A stretch of DNA of 63,838 nt, filler included, from Bigelowiella natans CCMP2755 (Eukaryota; Protista; Cercozoa): assembly GCA_000320545.1 (NCBI GenBank). It is 6 parts of 6 records of this genome, joined end to end, with 100 filler letters (N's around TTAATTAATTAA, not from the genome) between each part and the next. Parts side by side here need not be neighbours in the genome. Positions count along the whole stretch, not along the records: positions 1,890 to 28,912 come from ADNK01000522.1; 5 more parts are not named here. The stretch is one strand, 5' to 3'. Positions 14,364 to 25,293 of this stretch are shown here, one piece after another (within the stretch, counting starts at the first letter, position 1; each line of letters starts with the position of its first letter). Below the pieces are notes generated by a model. That model had not been told where the DNA came from and ran no database searches. It saw only the letters and a list, made by a program, of their open reading frames with translations. The position numbers and the translations under genes are program-made.

Positions 14364-14459
14364 ACGAAAGAAGATGTAGACGCACTTCCTTTTACAAAAA
14401 TTAAATTGATGTCTAGAAATGGGCACAGTCTTTGTCCTACTGGTTTGAGTGTCAGAGTG

Positions 14460-14537
<78 letters not shown>

Positions 14538-15156
14538 TAACCATATGTGTATTTTCGATCACATGTGCAAATGTTCAATAGATGAAACCAATCGTGTTAC
14601 AACATCACAATGGCATGCTCATGTGGGCACTGTATTGTAACTGATGTGCGAAACATTCATGCACTACACTCTAGCACTACTTAGACCGATAGACACAGGT
14701 CAGCGCGCTAGGGCTCATGTCAGCTGCATTGAGGCATAGCTAGATAGCATGCCTTGCAAAAGGATGTCATTGTCCAACCTAGCCGGACATATCGGGAAGC
14801 GTAAAACCATTACATTGAAATTGAACGGGCTAGTGAGCCTATCTAGCTATGAGACGGATACGATGTAATAAAACGATTAAATTCTTTCAATGGTCATCCT
14901 AATGTATAGCTATCTAGCTATGCAAAGCAGCAGCGCTATACATCATCAATTTGGACATGGTTACACACACTGCGCTTGACCTAACGTAACTAGTCGCCAT
15001 TTGTACATAAGCATTAATAATGCAGACATAACAACTAATAAAGCACGCATGGCAACAATGTGTGAATGCATGTTCAATAAATATCTGTCCCTGTCGAAGC
15101 TTCTTTCCGTTCTTCCCTTAGTTCTTGGGCTGCTGAAAGCGTTTCCTCGATTCCGC

Positions 15157-17696
15157 TCATTCCTCCGGTTTTTCCTCTGTAGATGCGGGCCTCATCACCT
15201 GACGACATGAGTATATATACACCCCGTGCTCAGAAGGTGTAGGGCCTCTGAGGGCTCGAGTAAAAGGAGGCAGAGAAATGGTGACGACGGTGATGGTGGT
15301 GATAATGATGGTGATAATAAGCCACGCGCGCTCTGATTTGATCCTGCTGTTTTCTACTGCCTTCTCTCCTCCGAAGCATACCTCTGATAGCGAACATGTA
15401 GATGAGGAACCCGGCGAGAGGCAGTAGCCCGAAAAACGCCACCAATCCGACAGTGATGCCGATACACGTTTCGCCACACGAGTCTTTTGGGAGAAAGAAG
15501 AAGGCGTGATGGTTGATTAGAAACTTGATCGCCGAATGTATACGAAAACAAACGCACAGAGCGAGAATATGTCACACTAGTCTAATAATTCGGAAAGGCA
15601 CTTGGCGGTAGGTGCTTGAAGTAACAAGAGTATCAACGAGGCTACCCCGCCCCCCGAGTAGCGTCCTTTTCTCGTTGAAGAACTGTTCTTTTTGGAGATC
15701 ATCACCATTGCCACCACCATCATTGTTATCGGAACCACTACCATCATCATCGTCATCAAATCATCAAAAATGATGAAATCATCAAGGCATCAAATCATCA
15801 TCGGCTATTATCGTTGTTTGAGGACCGTCGTCCCTCGGCTGTGAGGATGGTATGACGGTAACTACTGGCAGGCCAAATTGAGCGGTGTTGAATCTACAAT
15901 GCAACGGGGGGGGTAAGCGAGGGAGATGTATGGGAATGTCCACACACGTACAGCAGCGACAGGCAATTCAGAAACCCGCTTTTCCATCATTTTACGAATG
16001 AAGATGTTCGACTTGACGTTTAAAACAACAACTGGTATTATCAACGCACCCTTAATAGGGGATACTGTGTATGTGTAGGCATTTCGTCGTTTTAAGAACA
16101 ATCTTATTTCTGTGCCGTCGTTGACGTCGTCCTCCCCCCCCCCCCCTCTCTCTTTCTCTCAGTTCCTTCCTAGTGTCACCCATTGCCCTCCGAGAAGATG
16201 ATCGAGGGGTTATTTGTAATCGTCTGACAAAACACAAAGGCAAGGTGAAGCGTCTCTGTAATTTCTGACTTTGCTGAGTCACGGATGCAACGAATGCTAG
16301 AAACTTCGTACGGAAATAAACTATGGAGAATGAAAATCTTTCTCTACTAGCCCAAAGGAGACTCCCCTTGCACCAGCGAAAGGAATCTCCCCCCCCCCTC
16401 CCCAACCTAACCCTAACCCTAATCCACCCCTCCCCAACAAATGACTATACGGAGGTAAAGGAGCTCTCTGCAAACGTATCATTAAATGTCACTGAAGTTT
16501 CCGCAATTGTAGATCTAAAGGTAAATTATAATTCGTGTGGTTAAGAATATCAAAGAAGTATAAATCGTGTTGTTAAGAAGATCAAAGAAGTATCAATCGA
16601 ATTAATCTCACATACTTCGACATCGCAACATTGCAGCAGGTAGGAATGAAGGGAAATGCTCTCTTCCCCCCCTACAATTCTAATCTTTCCACACAACATA
16701 CATGCATATGTACAACCCTGATCGGACTGCTGTCACCGTAGCGCAGGTGAAGTCGCCCCCTCGTAAAAAACTGCAAATAGTCCTCACGATGCTACCTGCA
16801 ACCAGTATTATTACTCTTATCGCTCGCTATGACGGGGTGGGGTGTGAATGAAGAGGATTCCTCCTCCTCGCCTCCTCGCCAGAATAAAACACCCTACAAT
16901 ATTTGTCTGGTTGTGGTTATAATACAACCATGCATGGCGGTCAAATGCGGAAGGGCGCAGTCCTTCAAGACGGCGGCGAGGACCTTTGAAATCGTCAAGT
17001 GTAGCTCCTGTTGGGAGGGTCAAGCTCGGGAAGGTGCAGGAGTAGCTCGTTGTGATCTGCAGAGGCTGAAAGGGGCCTATTGGCGCTGAAGTCGGAGATG
17101 AGGTCGGTGATGCAGATGGCGACGCAGACAGGCCGAGAAAAGGGCTGAGGGAAGGTGACAGCGACGGGCTTTGAGAGGGGTTCTGTGACGGCGCTGTTGA
17201 TGCTGCGATTGGGGATCCTGAAGGACTTGACGAAGGAATTCCAGTGGACGATAGACCGGGGGATAAGGTTGGGCATACGGATGGAGAACTTGTGGCAGTA
17301 GGAACTAACGGACTTAGTGAAGGCGTAGAGGTGGTAGCGAGGCCCACCGGAGTGAGGGAAGGTGTTGAAGTTGCAAGGCCAATGGGACTCAGAGAAGGTG
17401 CTGAAGTTGCAAGGCCAATGGGACCCAGAGAAGGTGTAGTAGTATCTGGGCCCAATGAAGGCGTTAAGGTTGAAAGGTTGTTCACCGGACTAATAGAAGG
17501 TGTCGATGTAGCCAGGCTCACTGGGCTTACTGGACTCAGAGAAGGTGAAGAAGAAGTACTTCCACTGACGCCTTTTTGTACACATATCGGATCAATGCAG
17601 ATTAGAACCATGTATTACCTTTAATTCTACTTTCCAATTTTCCCTACCCTGGAGACATCCAAGAACGACCATCAGGCTGGCAGGAAGGGAAGCCAT
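15157..17696 (-). CDS. Mucin-like single-pass membrane/surface protein with Ser/Pro/Thr repeats
   Basis: Hydrophobic start MASLPASLMVVLGCLQG; long exon of TPSLSP-type repeats; later exon CIGITVGLVAFFGLLPLAGFLIYMFAIR forms a TM helix; short tail ending at TGA 15157. Confidence 0.65.
17305..17560 (-). repeat. Coding minisatellite, about 36-nt (12-aa) unit TPSLSP(I/V)GLATS
   Basis: Near-identical units, e.g. gaaggtgttgaagttgcaaggccaatgggactcaga and gaaggtgctgaagttgcaaggccaatgggacccaga on the + strand. Confidence 0.8.
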
Positions 17697-17859
17697 TGTC
17701 AACAGGGATTCGGCAGCTTCTCTTACTGAAGAATCCTCTCCTCGCGACTTCCGAAGAGTCTGGATTATCTTTGATCTAAAACAGGTTTTCCAAGCGCTAT
17801 CACTCCGTTCTTTTTTGCAACCTCCCCTCCTCCTATCTACCCAGGACTTGGTACTACTC

Positions 17860-18900
17860 GTGCTGCACTATGGATGATCGGCAGCGGGTGTTCTCATGCA
17901 GAAATCGTATGAAAATGGCCTTTATTTCCCCATCACGACATGGAAAATGCTGTTGAGATGCGAATACCAGCATGCAAAACAGGCTGTCTTTCTTTCCTGA
18001 CATCTTCCATTGATTGATTTGGTCTGAGCTGCTGATGAAAATTTTTTCGATTGCACAATTGCGACGCCTGGTGCTCCCTGTCGTTGCCACCAAATCTCAA
18101 GAAATCCATTGCTCAATTTTGGGGGGGAAATCACAGTGAGAATGCCGAACAGAACTCCAAACTCGATTCGCTCGCACATGGATCAATGATCGTTTGTGTC
18201 TTCATGATCCTGTCGATACATCGATTCAACATTTGAAAACACTTGAGTCACCTTTCTTTCCTTGTGATGCAGATTTCATTCAGCACGAATCTTGAACCTT
18301 TGATCTCAACGCAGATCAGTCTTCGCATCCTCACAGCTGGCTCCAGCTGCACACTGACGTTTGAGGCACGTCGTCACTCTTGCATGCAGCGCAGCACGTT
18401 GTCCATGCACAGTGTTGATGAGCACCCAACTGTGATCGATGCATTTCAACACTTCAGTCCTTTCAACTTTTCTTCCAACAAAGCGTGCCTTTGGCACTGC
18501 TGACGTGACTGTCAATGTTCAAGATGATGGACATGCATGCAATGTGATGCATGTGTGATGCATGTACCATGTTGCTGTGTCCATCATCAAGGTGACAAAT
18601 CATGCTTCAAACAGCAATCATGCTTCTTCATTTTGTGGAAACGCTCAGCTGTTGGGAGAGTCCCAATGCAAATGCAATGCGTTGGTATCGGCAATCATCT
18701 AGATGATTCACCAGAATTGCATTGTCGCAGTCGAGAATCGCAGGAAATTACCTGCAGTCACTCTCAAGGCATTTATGAGCCTTGTCGCAAACTCACAAAT
18801 GAAGGGATTTCCTAGGATTTCTTCCATGGATTTTGAGGATCGAATCGTCAACGGTTTCAGCCCTTGCTCCACCACCACGCAACGAAAGTTATCAAAACCT
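17860..18900 (-). pseudogene. Decayed gene or mobile-element relic with extreme TpA depletion
   Basis: Broken reading frames rich in Cys/His and lacking Tyr (KCIDHSWVLINTVHGQRAALHARVTTCLKRQC; KKHDCCLKHDL). Only 2 TpA in 17967-18685. Family not recognisable. Confidence 0.45.
18524..18587. mobile_element. 64-bp MITE-like insertion, copy 1
   Basis: Perfect 10-bp TIR ATGATGGACA...TGTCCATCAT; flanking 4-bp direct repeat CAAG (18520-18523 and 18588-18591); related copy at 40509. Confidence 0.7.
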
Positions 18901-19106
18901 CATCGACAAGTAACAGGACGAGCAGTGAGTTGTCGAGGCTCGCCGTTGTGTCACAACCAATTGGAAATATTCACTGCGCGAGAGACTTTATTACAGGACA
19001 ATAGGATACTGTAAAGCGCCACCGATAGTTGCGCCCTCTTGCTGTGACCAACCCCCCGTTCTCACAAAAAACCGCGGCTACGTAGTCTTACCCCTCTTTC
19101 ATCAAA

Positions 19107-21366
19107 ATGGTGGAAAATCAAGCGCTTAAGGACACGGGAGCATATCTGGAGGCTATCATTTGCGTAAGTTTCTCCATGTAAACATTTTAATTAGCACTTG
19201 GCTGAAAGGTTCTACATTCTACAGGGCGTTGGGTTGTGCATTGCTCGGAAACTTCTAGACATATGTTCATTCAAACCTCTAGCTAAGATTGGGATGAAGC
19301 TGCCAAAGAACGCTGAGGTCTACATCATATTCCTGTTGTTCTTTCGCCCCACTTTTCCCTCTGGTCCCCACTGCAACCGTTGGCTCATTCTGGAACAATG
19401 GTTTGCAGGTTGCGGAAGTGAAGAGTAACTTAAGTCACTACTTAAGTCGCTTAGGAAATAAGAAGAATGGAGAGGCTGAAAAGTTAGAAGTCGATTGTAC
19501 GGAATTGTTGCAGGGAAGGGATGAGAACCTGCTCAAGTTTTGTGAGGCATGCTGGAGGGCAACGATGTATTCAGTTATGATATGGTTGGGCTATGAAGCT
19601 CTTCATTCAAGGGAGTGGTTTTTTCCAAATGTCGAGTAAGTTCCAACTCCACGAAGCAGATAATCCTTGAATGAAAGATAAGTCGCTCATGTGATTTTTG
19701 ACATAAATGTACTTGGAATACCTCAGGAAAGCGTTTATTCCAGGATCGCCAATGCATCGCGAGATCAGAACGTATATTATAGTATCTGTAGGATATTATA
19801 TACAACTCTTGGTCTACGTATTTGTCGAAACAAGGTCGCCGAGCACTAAATCTAACCTCTCGATTATCCTTTCCACTCTAGATTCCTGTCCCTCTTCCAC
19901 CAGCTACTCTTTCTTCTTCTCTCACCGAAACGTGAATCTCGTACTTGATATAATAGGAGGAAGGACTTCCTTGAAATGGTTATCCATCATGTGATAACTT
20001 TGACCTTGATCACAATTGCATGGTAATATAGAGGAGTGAAAAGATAGTTTGTTTTTGCAGTTTTTTGTCGTTGCAGTCTGCACTTGCCATGTTATTTGTG
20101 ATGGCATTAACCCACCCCGTTTTCCTTCCCTAAGGTTTTGCGATCAGTGGAAAATCGGCTGCGTAATATGCTTCCTCCATGATCTTTCTGACCCATTTCT
20201 TGAAGTGGCAAAGATCTTCAACTATCTCAAAGTAGGGCGCTAGAAGTAGCAACACGAATGTCAAAACAAACACAAAAGATCTACATTAGCGGACGAAGTT
20301 TACAAAGGCAACAATGAACACCTTCCAATATTAGTGCAATACATAAATTCATAATTAAGAGCACACAGGAACAGACAGTTGAGTTACTTTTTCGCTGCAA
20401 TTACTAATTAATTTTAACATTCCAGCCCACTCGCTCCTGGGCTGATCCCCTTAGCACGCTGTGCTTCGTAATCTTTATGACGATATTCGGGATCACAAGA
20501 CTGGTAGATAGAATAGTGGGAGGGAATAAATGCGTCACGGATTATATATTCAAATCAAGCAAAACAATTTGAGCCAAAGCAAAAATTTCGTCGTGAATGC
20601 TTCTTTCATCATTTCTGAGTGTCGAGAAGAGAAGAGAAAATTCTGTACTCTTCATTTTTTCATGGTCTCCCCCCGCCAGAGGGAGCATCAACTTTTAAGT
20701 ACATCAAAAACTTGTGCAACGTTTGCATTCCTTATACATCGTGCCTTTTTGCAGCTGTAGCCATCATCACAAAGCTCCTTGATCTAGCAAGTAGTCCACA
20801 GTTCATAACTGTTGCTCATCGTGCCATAACTTGATAATATACAGGGCATGTTTCCAATCTACGTGCTGCACCCCGTCAAAACCATTATCCCGGACTTCGT
20901 GATGTCGTTCTACATGCTCTCCATCCTTCAGGTAGCAGCAAACCAAGCTAGTGGTGCCCGTAGAACTCACAGCAGATTAGCAGTTTTTCAACCCAAAAGG
21001 ATCGTCCATCCTTCGCTCTTCCCATCAGTAGCAAGTACCCAACACCCTTGCCATAACTTCACGCCATCTTTACCGTGCAGGTCCTTCATATCTATTGGTT
21101 CTTCCTCATATTGAAAACTGCTAAGAAAGCCATAACCGGAGACCTGAATGATACCCGAGAAAAAAAGTCATCGGTAATTGCTGCAAGTCTTTTTTAATAC
21201 GTATTCCGTTTTTCTCTTCTTCGTGACCCTCCTAACCTACCTCGTACGTTATGACTTTCGTGTTTTTAAAACATGTCTCCTTTTTGCTCCTCAGTGGGAT
21301 CTTGGGAGATGGAATTCGGTACGCAAGCAAATCTTGGAGCTTGCAGGATCGAAGAAGGACAACTGA
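19107..21366 (+). CDS. Ceramide synthase (LAG1/CerS family, TLC domain), multi-exon
   Basis: Exons read KFCEACWRATMY, GYYIQLLVYVFVETR|RKDFLEMVIHHVITLTLI, IGCVICFLHDLSDPFLEVAKIFNYL, FGITRL and LQ|VLHIYWFFLILK, giving the Lag1p motif (RKD..HH..LHDxSD). Confidence 0.93.
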
Positions 21367-22465
21367 TTCAATGATTTATCTGAAGAAATAAAATGATATT
21401 CCATCTTCGAGTCGTTTATTTGGGTTTCTCTGACTAATACCCAACCTCCTTTCAAGCACAAAATTATTATCAACCTCTACAGCCAGCTCATGTGCTTCAA
21501 AAAATTTTAGCTGCTCTTCGAGTCGTCGCCCTTTCTAACGCTTCAGCACCACTGGCGCACGTTACATGTGTGCAACGGTGGGGAGAGACTGGGAAAGAAA
21601 TGACATGATTGGCGCTTGGTGCATTCTAAGCATTGTCTGTTTTAATTAGTCGTCGATATCAATAATTGTACACGCGTATTGTTACTCACATGACAATGAC
21701 ACATGATTACAAAGACAGCACATGTCACATGCGAAGAGTGGTTGCAGTGCCATCAACAGGCAAGCAGGCAGCGCTCGTAACGCCCATGCTCGACTACGCA
21801 ATGCATGCGTGCTTACGGTGGGTTGTGAATAGTCTACACTAGGCTGTAATAAAAAGTGTGCTGGCTGCTGACCATAACACCTCCTGCAAAAAATCAAGTA
21901 GGCCGCACAAATATACCTCACCATAGCATTGTGACTAAGACTATAAGACGGATGTAATGATTGCATTAAATTTTATATCAACGGTCACAAGTATCGATCG
22001 TACTTACACTATGCATGCATCGTGTACCTAGCTAGCAACGTAAAACGTACACTTCGCTGCGCGACGAATATATAGCTGGATACATATGTAATTGAAAAAA
22101 TTTAAACATTTCATTACATCCATCTTATGTATGTAACAAGTACATGTAGGCTATACATATGGATTAGTTATCTAGAATGTTTACATCGGATCGATGCCCA
22201 TGCCAATTAGTATCCAGCTGTGACGGCTGGACGATTGTGGCTGCGTTTGCGTTTGCGATTGCTTATCAGACCTTTATTCGAGAACTAACAAGTGACAGCT
22301 ACAATCGCCCGTACTGATTGCTTTGTATCCAAAGCTACGTTAGCGTAAATTGAGAGTAAAAGAACGAAAAAATCTCTTTACTCTTTTCTCTCTCTTGATT
22401 CTTGTGCGGTCGCTAAAGGTTTAACGCCGCAATATGGCACATATCCCTCGATGATATCAGGTGCC

Positions 22466-24143
22466 TCATCCACGTCTCAGGCCGGCGAGGAAACCGGCTG
22501 CAAACCCGCCGAGAGTAAAATTGTGCGTTATCAGTGTGTGCCCGTGCTTCACCTTCAAATCGAAGTTTTTTGGTGACATTCGCGTCAGGGGTGATTTGAA
22601 CACCATTCAAGCCATGGTGAGGTGAATGTAGTGCGACAAAGGTTATCTCTTGTAAGTAATAATAGAATGTGGGGACTTCTTTTATTCATGGTTGTGTTTG
22701 CGCTCGCCTCTTAATACATCATTCTTGCATCATGACTCATAACGTAGTAAACCTTCCAAACCACCATTATTACTACGAACTAATATTAGTAGTGGTAGTC
22801 GCCACAGCATTATCAACAGCTTCTCTTTTACTGTTGGTTTTCTAACACTAATCCTATGCGGCCACCTCTCAAAGAAAGTTTTTATACATTGAAAAAAAAT
22901 GGCGATAGAAATCATGTAGCACTCCGAGATAAAATACTAGTTACCCAGATGTTGAGATCCTTCTCGTCAACAGCCCCGTCTCCATCAAGATCGGCACTCT
23001 ACATATGACAGTAGATATGATAACGCTGACGATGATGAAAAACGATGGTGGGATAATGAAGAATTGCGGGTGTCGGAGACATAGTGTTGGAATTTCTATC
23101 TTTCCAAAGTTAACTAGTTGTAACGGCGAAGGCACCGCATTCTGTCAGAGTACCTTGAGGAAAGCCTCTTCGATCTTTTCCCAATGAACAGTTACGAAGC
23201 TATCAGCGGTAGAAGGTATGCAGAGAGGACAATGAAATGAAGATGAGAAAAGAAAGGAATAAGCATGCAGCTACACTTGCCAACCAAACACCCCTTCACT
23301 CCCTGTCTCTCTCTCTCCCCTCTCTTCTCGCATACACATGCTCTTGCATTCACATACGCTTTACCCATAATATGAAGCCGTTTGCAGCCCTATAAATGAA
23401 ATCCCAAACAGAATCGACGCGCCACGTCCGAAGACTCGCACGGTTGCGCCTGTACAGTAACCGGTAATCCCTCCGAGAGTAAGGGCCCCAGCTAACAACA
23501 GGCAAAAACATTATATACATTTTTATATGTGACAAAATACGCAACAGCAAGTATTTGTACCGTTAAAATGGGGACTCATGCATCAGCAGCATCAGCCATG
23601 CCCACATCTTCAAAATATTAGAGGACATGTGAGTGAGCAGTGTTGCCAAACCCATTGGTGCTATCTCCTCTGATGTCTCCTTCCCAGAAGCAAACATCCC
23701 TGGTTCATATTAGATCATAATCATAAGTGCAGAAGAGGTAGTCATTTTTAGAATAGTAACAACAGACAGTAGCTATAAACGCGCTCTTTTCAAGACAATC
23801 ATTTCCCTTCATTAATGATGATGAGAAATCTATCTCCAAAATAGTCATTATTTTCTTAAAAGAACAGGCTGGGGAAGCAAATTTAGACAATTTGGCTGTG
23901 GTGTGGCGAGGTCATCTATTGTCCCAGCATTGCGGAGGAGAGGACGTTCACAGTACTTTCAGCTTGTTCCCGAGTATCGTCTCCAGGCGCCGCTAGTGAT
24001 GAAGAAGAGAGTGTCGGAGTCACGAGGAGGGAACACAGAGTACTTCCAACCGCAGCGGTGAGAAGTTCTCGGCGGCGGATGCGGAAGGGACTCCGCGAGC
24101 TTACGATTCGCACGAAGCGCGCGACAGAAGCTTGTGCCGCCAT
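22466..24143 (-). CDS. FUN14-family (FUNDC1-like) mitochondrial outer-membrane protein with an EF-hand-like insert
   Basis: Exons LTLGGITGYCTGATVRVFGRGASILFGISFIGLQTASYYG|FVTVHWEKIEEAFLK|SADLDGDGAVDEKDLNIW and C-terminal GGFAAGFLAGLRRG*. Arg/Ser-rich N-terminus. Confidence 0.85.
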
Positions 24144-24324
24144 CGTCGCCGTCAGTAGTTCTTGCAAACTTCCGTAGAAACGCTAAACCAATGGCACTTT
24201 CGGAGCGCGACTTGCAATTTGCCTGGAAGTATTAAAAAACGCCCAGGAAAAAGGCATCGTTTGCCGAAAATAAGGAAAAGGAACACGTGCGAATTTTATT
24301 GCGCGACAATAGATTTCCTCGAGT

Positions 24325-25258
24325 ATGAGCCCCAATAGCTGGAAGACATCTTGCTCGTCGGCACGTGGGAAAATGGAGCCTGCCTGGCGGCGACGTGTGG
24401 TGGTGGGGCTTCTTCGTTCTCGTCCGACCATGGGATTAGTCCGCCGGCATCCCCATTTGTTATCCTATCGCTTTTTAAGTAAGGAGACGAAGGCGCAAGG
24501 GGAAAGACTTCCATCGGAGCTGTACCAAGCGCTTGTCGAGGCCAAGCGCCTGGAGCCCAACGAGGCGCAGCAGATCGCTTTACCTCAATTTGACAGGTCA
24601 GGCAAATCTTTTGTCCAAGGTGGACAACGATGATATGTAAACGATGTATAAGAACTAGTTCTTTAAAAGTATGCTATTCTCAAAGCACACACCTTACTGG
24701 TCCCCACGACCGTGTCCGAAACCGATAATTGTAAGAAATAGAAGAGGTATGCATTAACCGATCCCTTCGTACAGGCTAGCGAGGATGCTACCAGAGCACC
24801 AAGCGTCCATGACTTCGCACTGGCAAAAGCTGGACGCATGGATTGAGGAAAGGTTGCGATGTTCTCTCATTATGCATGTATTTCCGCCATCCGACTGTCA
24901 TTTCTTTGTCTCTCTTCTCTACCCAATTCTGCTTCAGGGAAAAACACGTGAGAAAAGAGGTGGAAAGTCGCCAAAAAATTGAGGCGGTATTCGCATACAC
25001 TAAAGTTTCGGTCATCGATAACCGATAGGGAAAGTGTGAGGGATTCCCTGAGGTTAGATTTAAACCTGTGTTTTTTATGCTCTTGTATCCCCCCCCCCCT
25101 CTCTTCCGGGTGTATTCCTACTCATCCCACCAGACATGGGCAGAAGAGCAACAAAGAATCGCAAGGAACCCCTTGCGGCGTGCCTATCGGACATTTAAAA
25201 AATGGGCAGGAAGGGGGGATGATGATCGTACGGTGGTGACGACAGGGTAGGTGGTCCC

Positions 25259-25293
<35 letters not shown>

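Noticed and set aside
13580-14578. 332-aa minus-strand ORF
   Set aside because: Antisense shadow of the last exon of the LRR-GAF gene, extended by microsatellite.
16404-16424. Telomere-like (CCCTAA)2-3
   Set aside because: Too short and intronic; could arise by chance in C-rich sequence.
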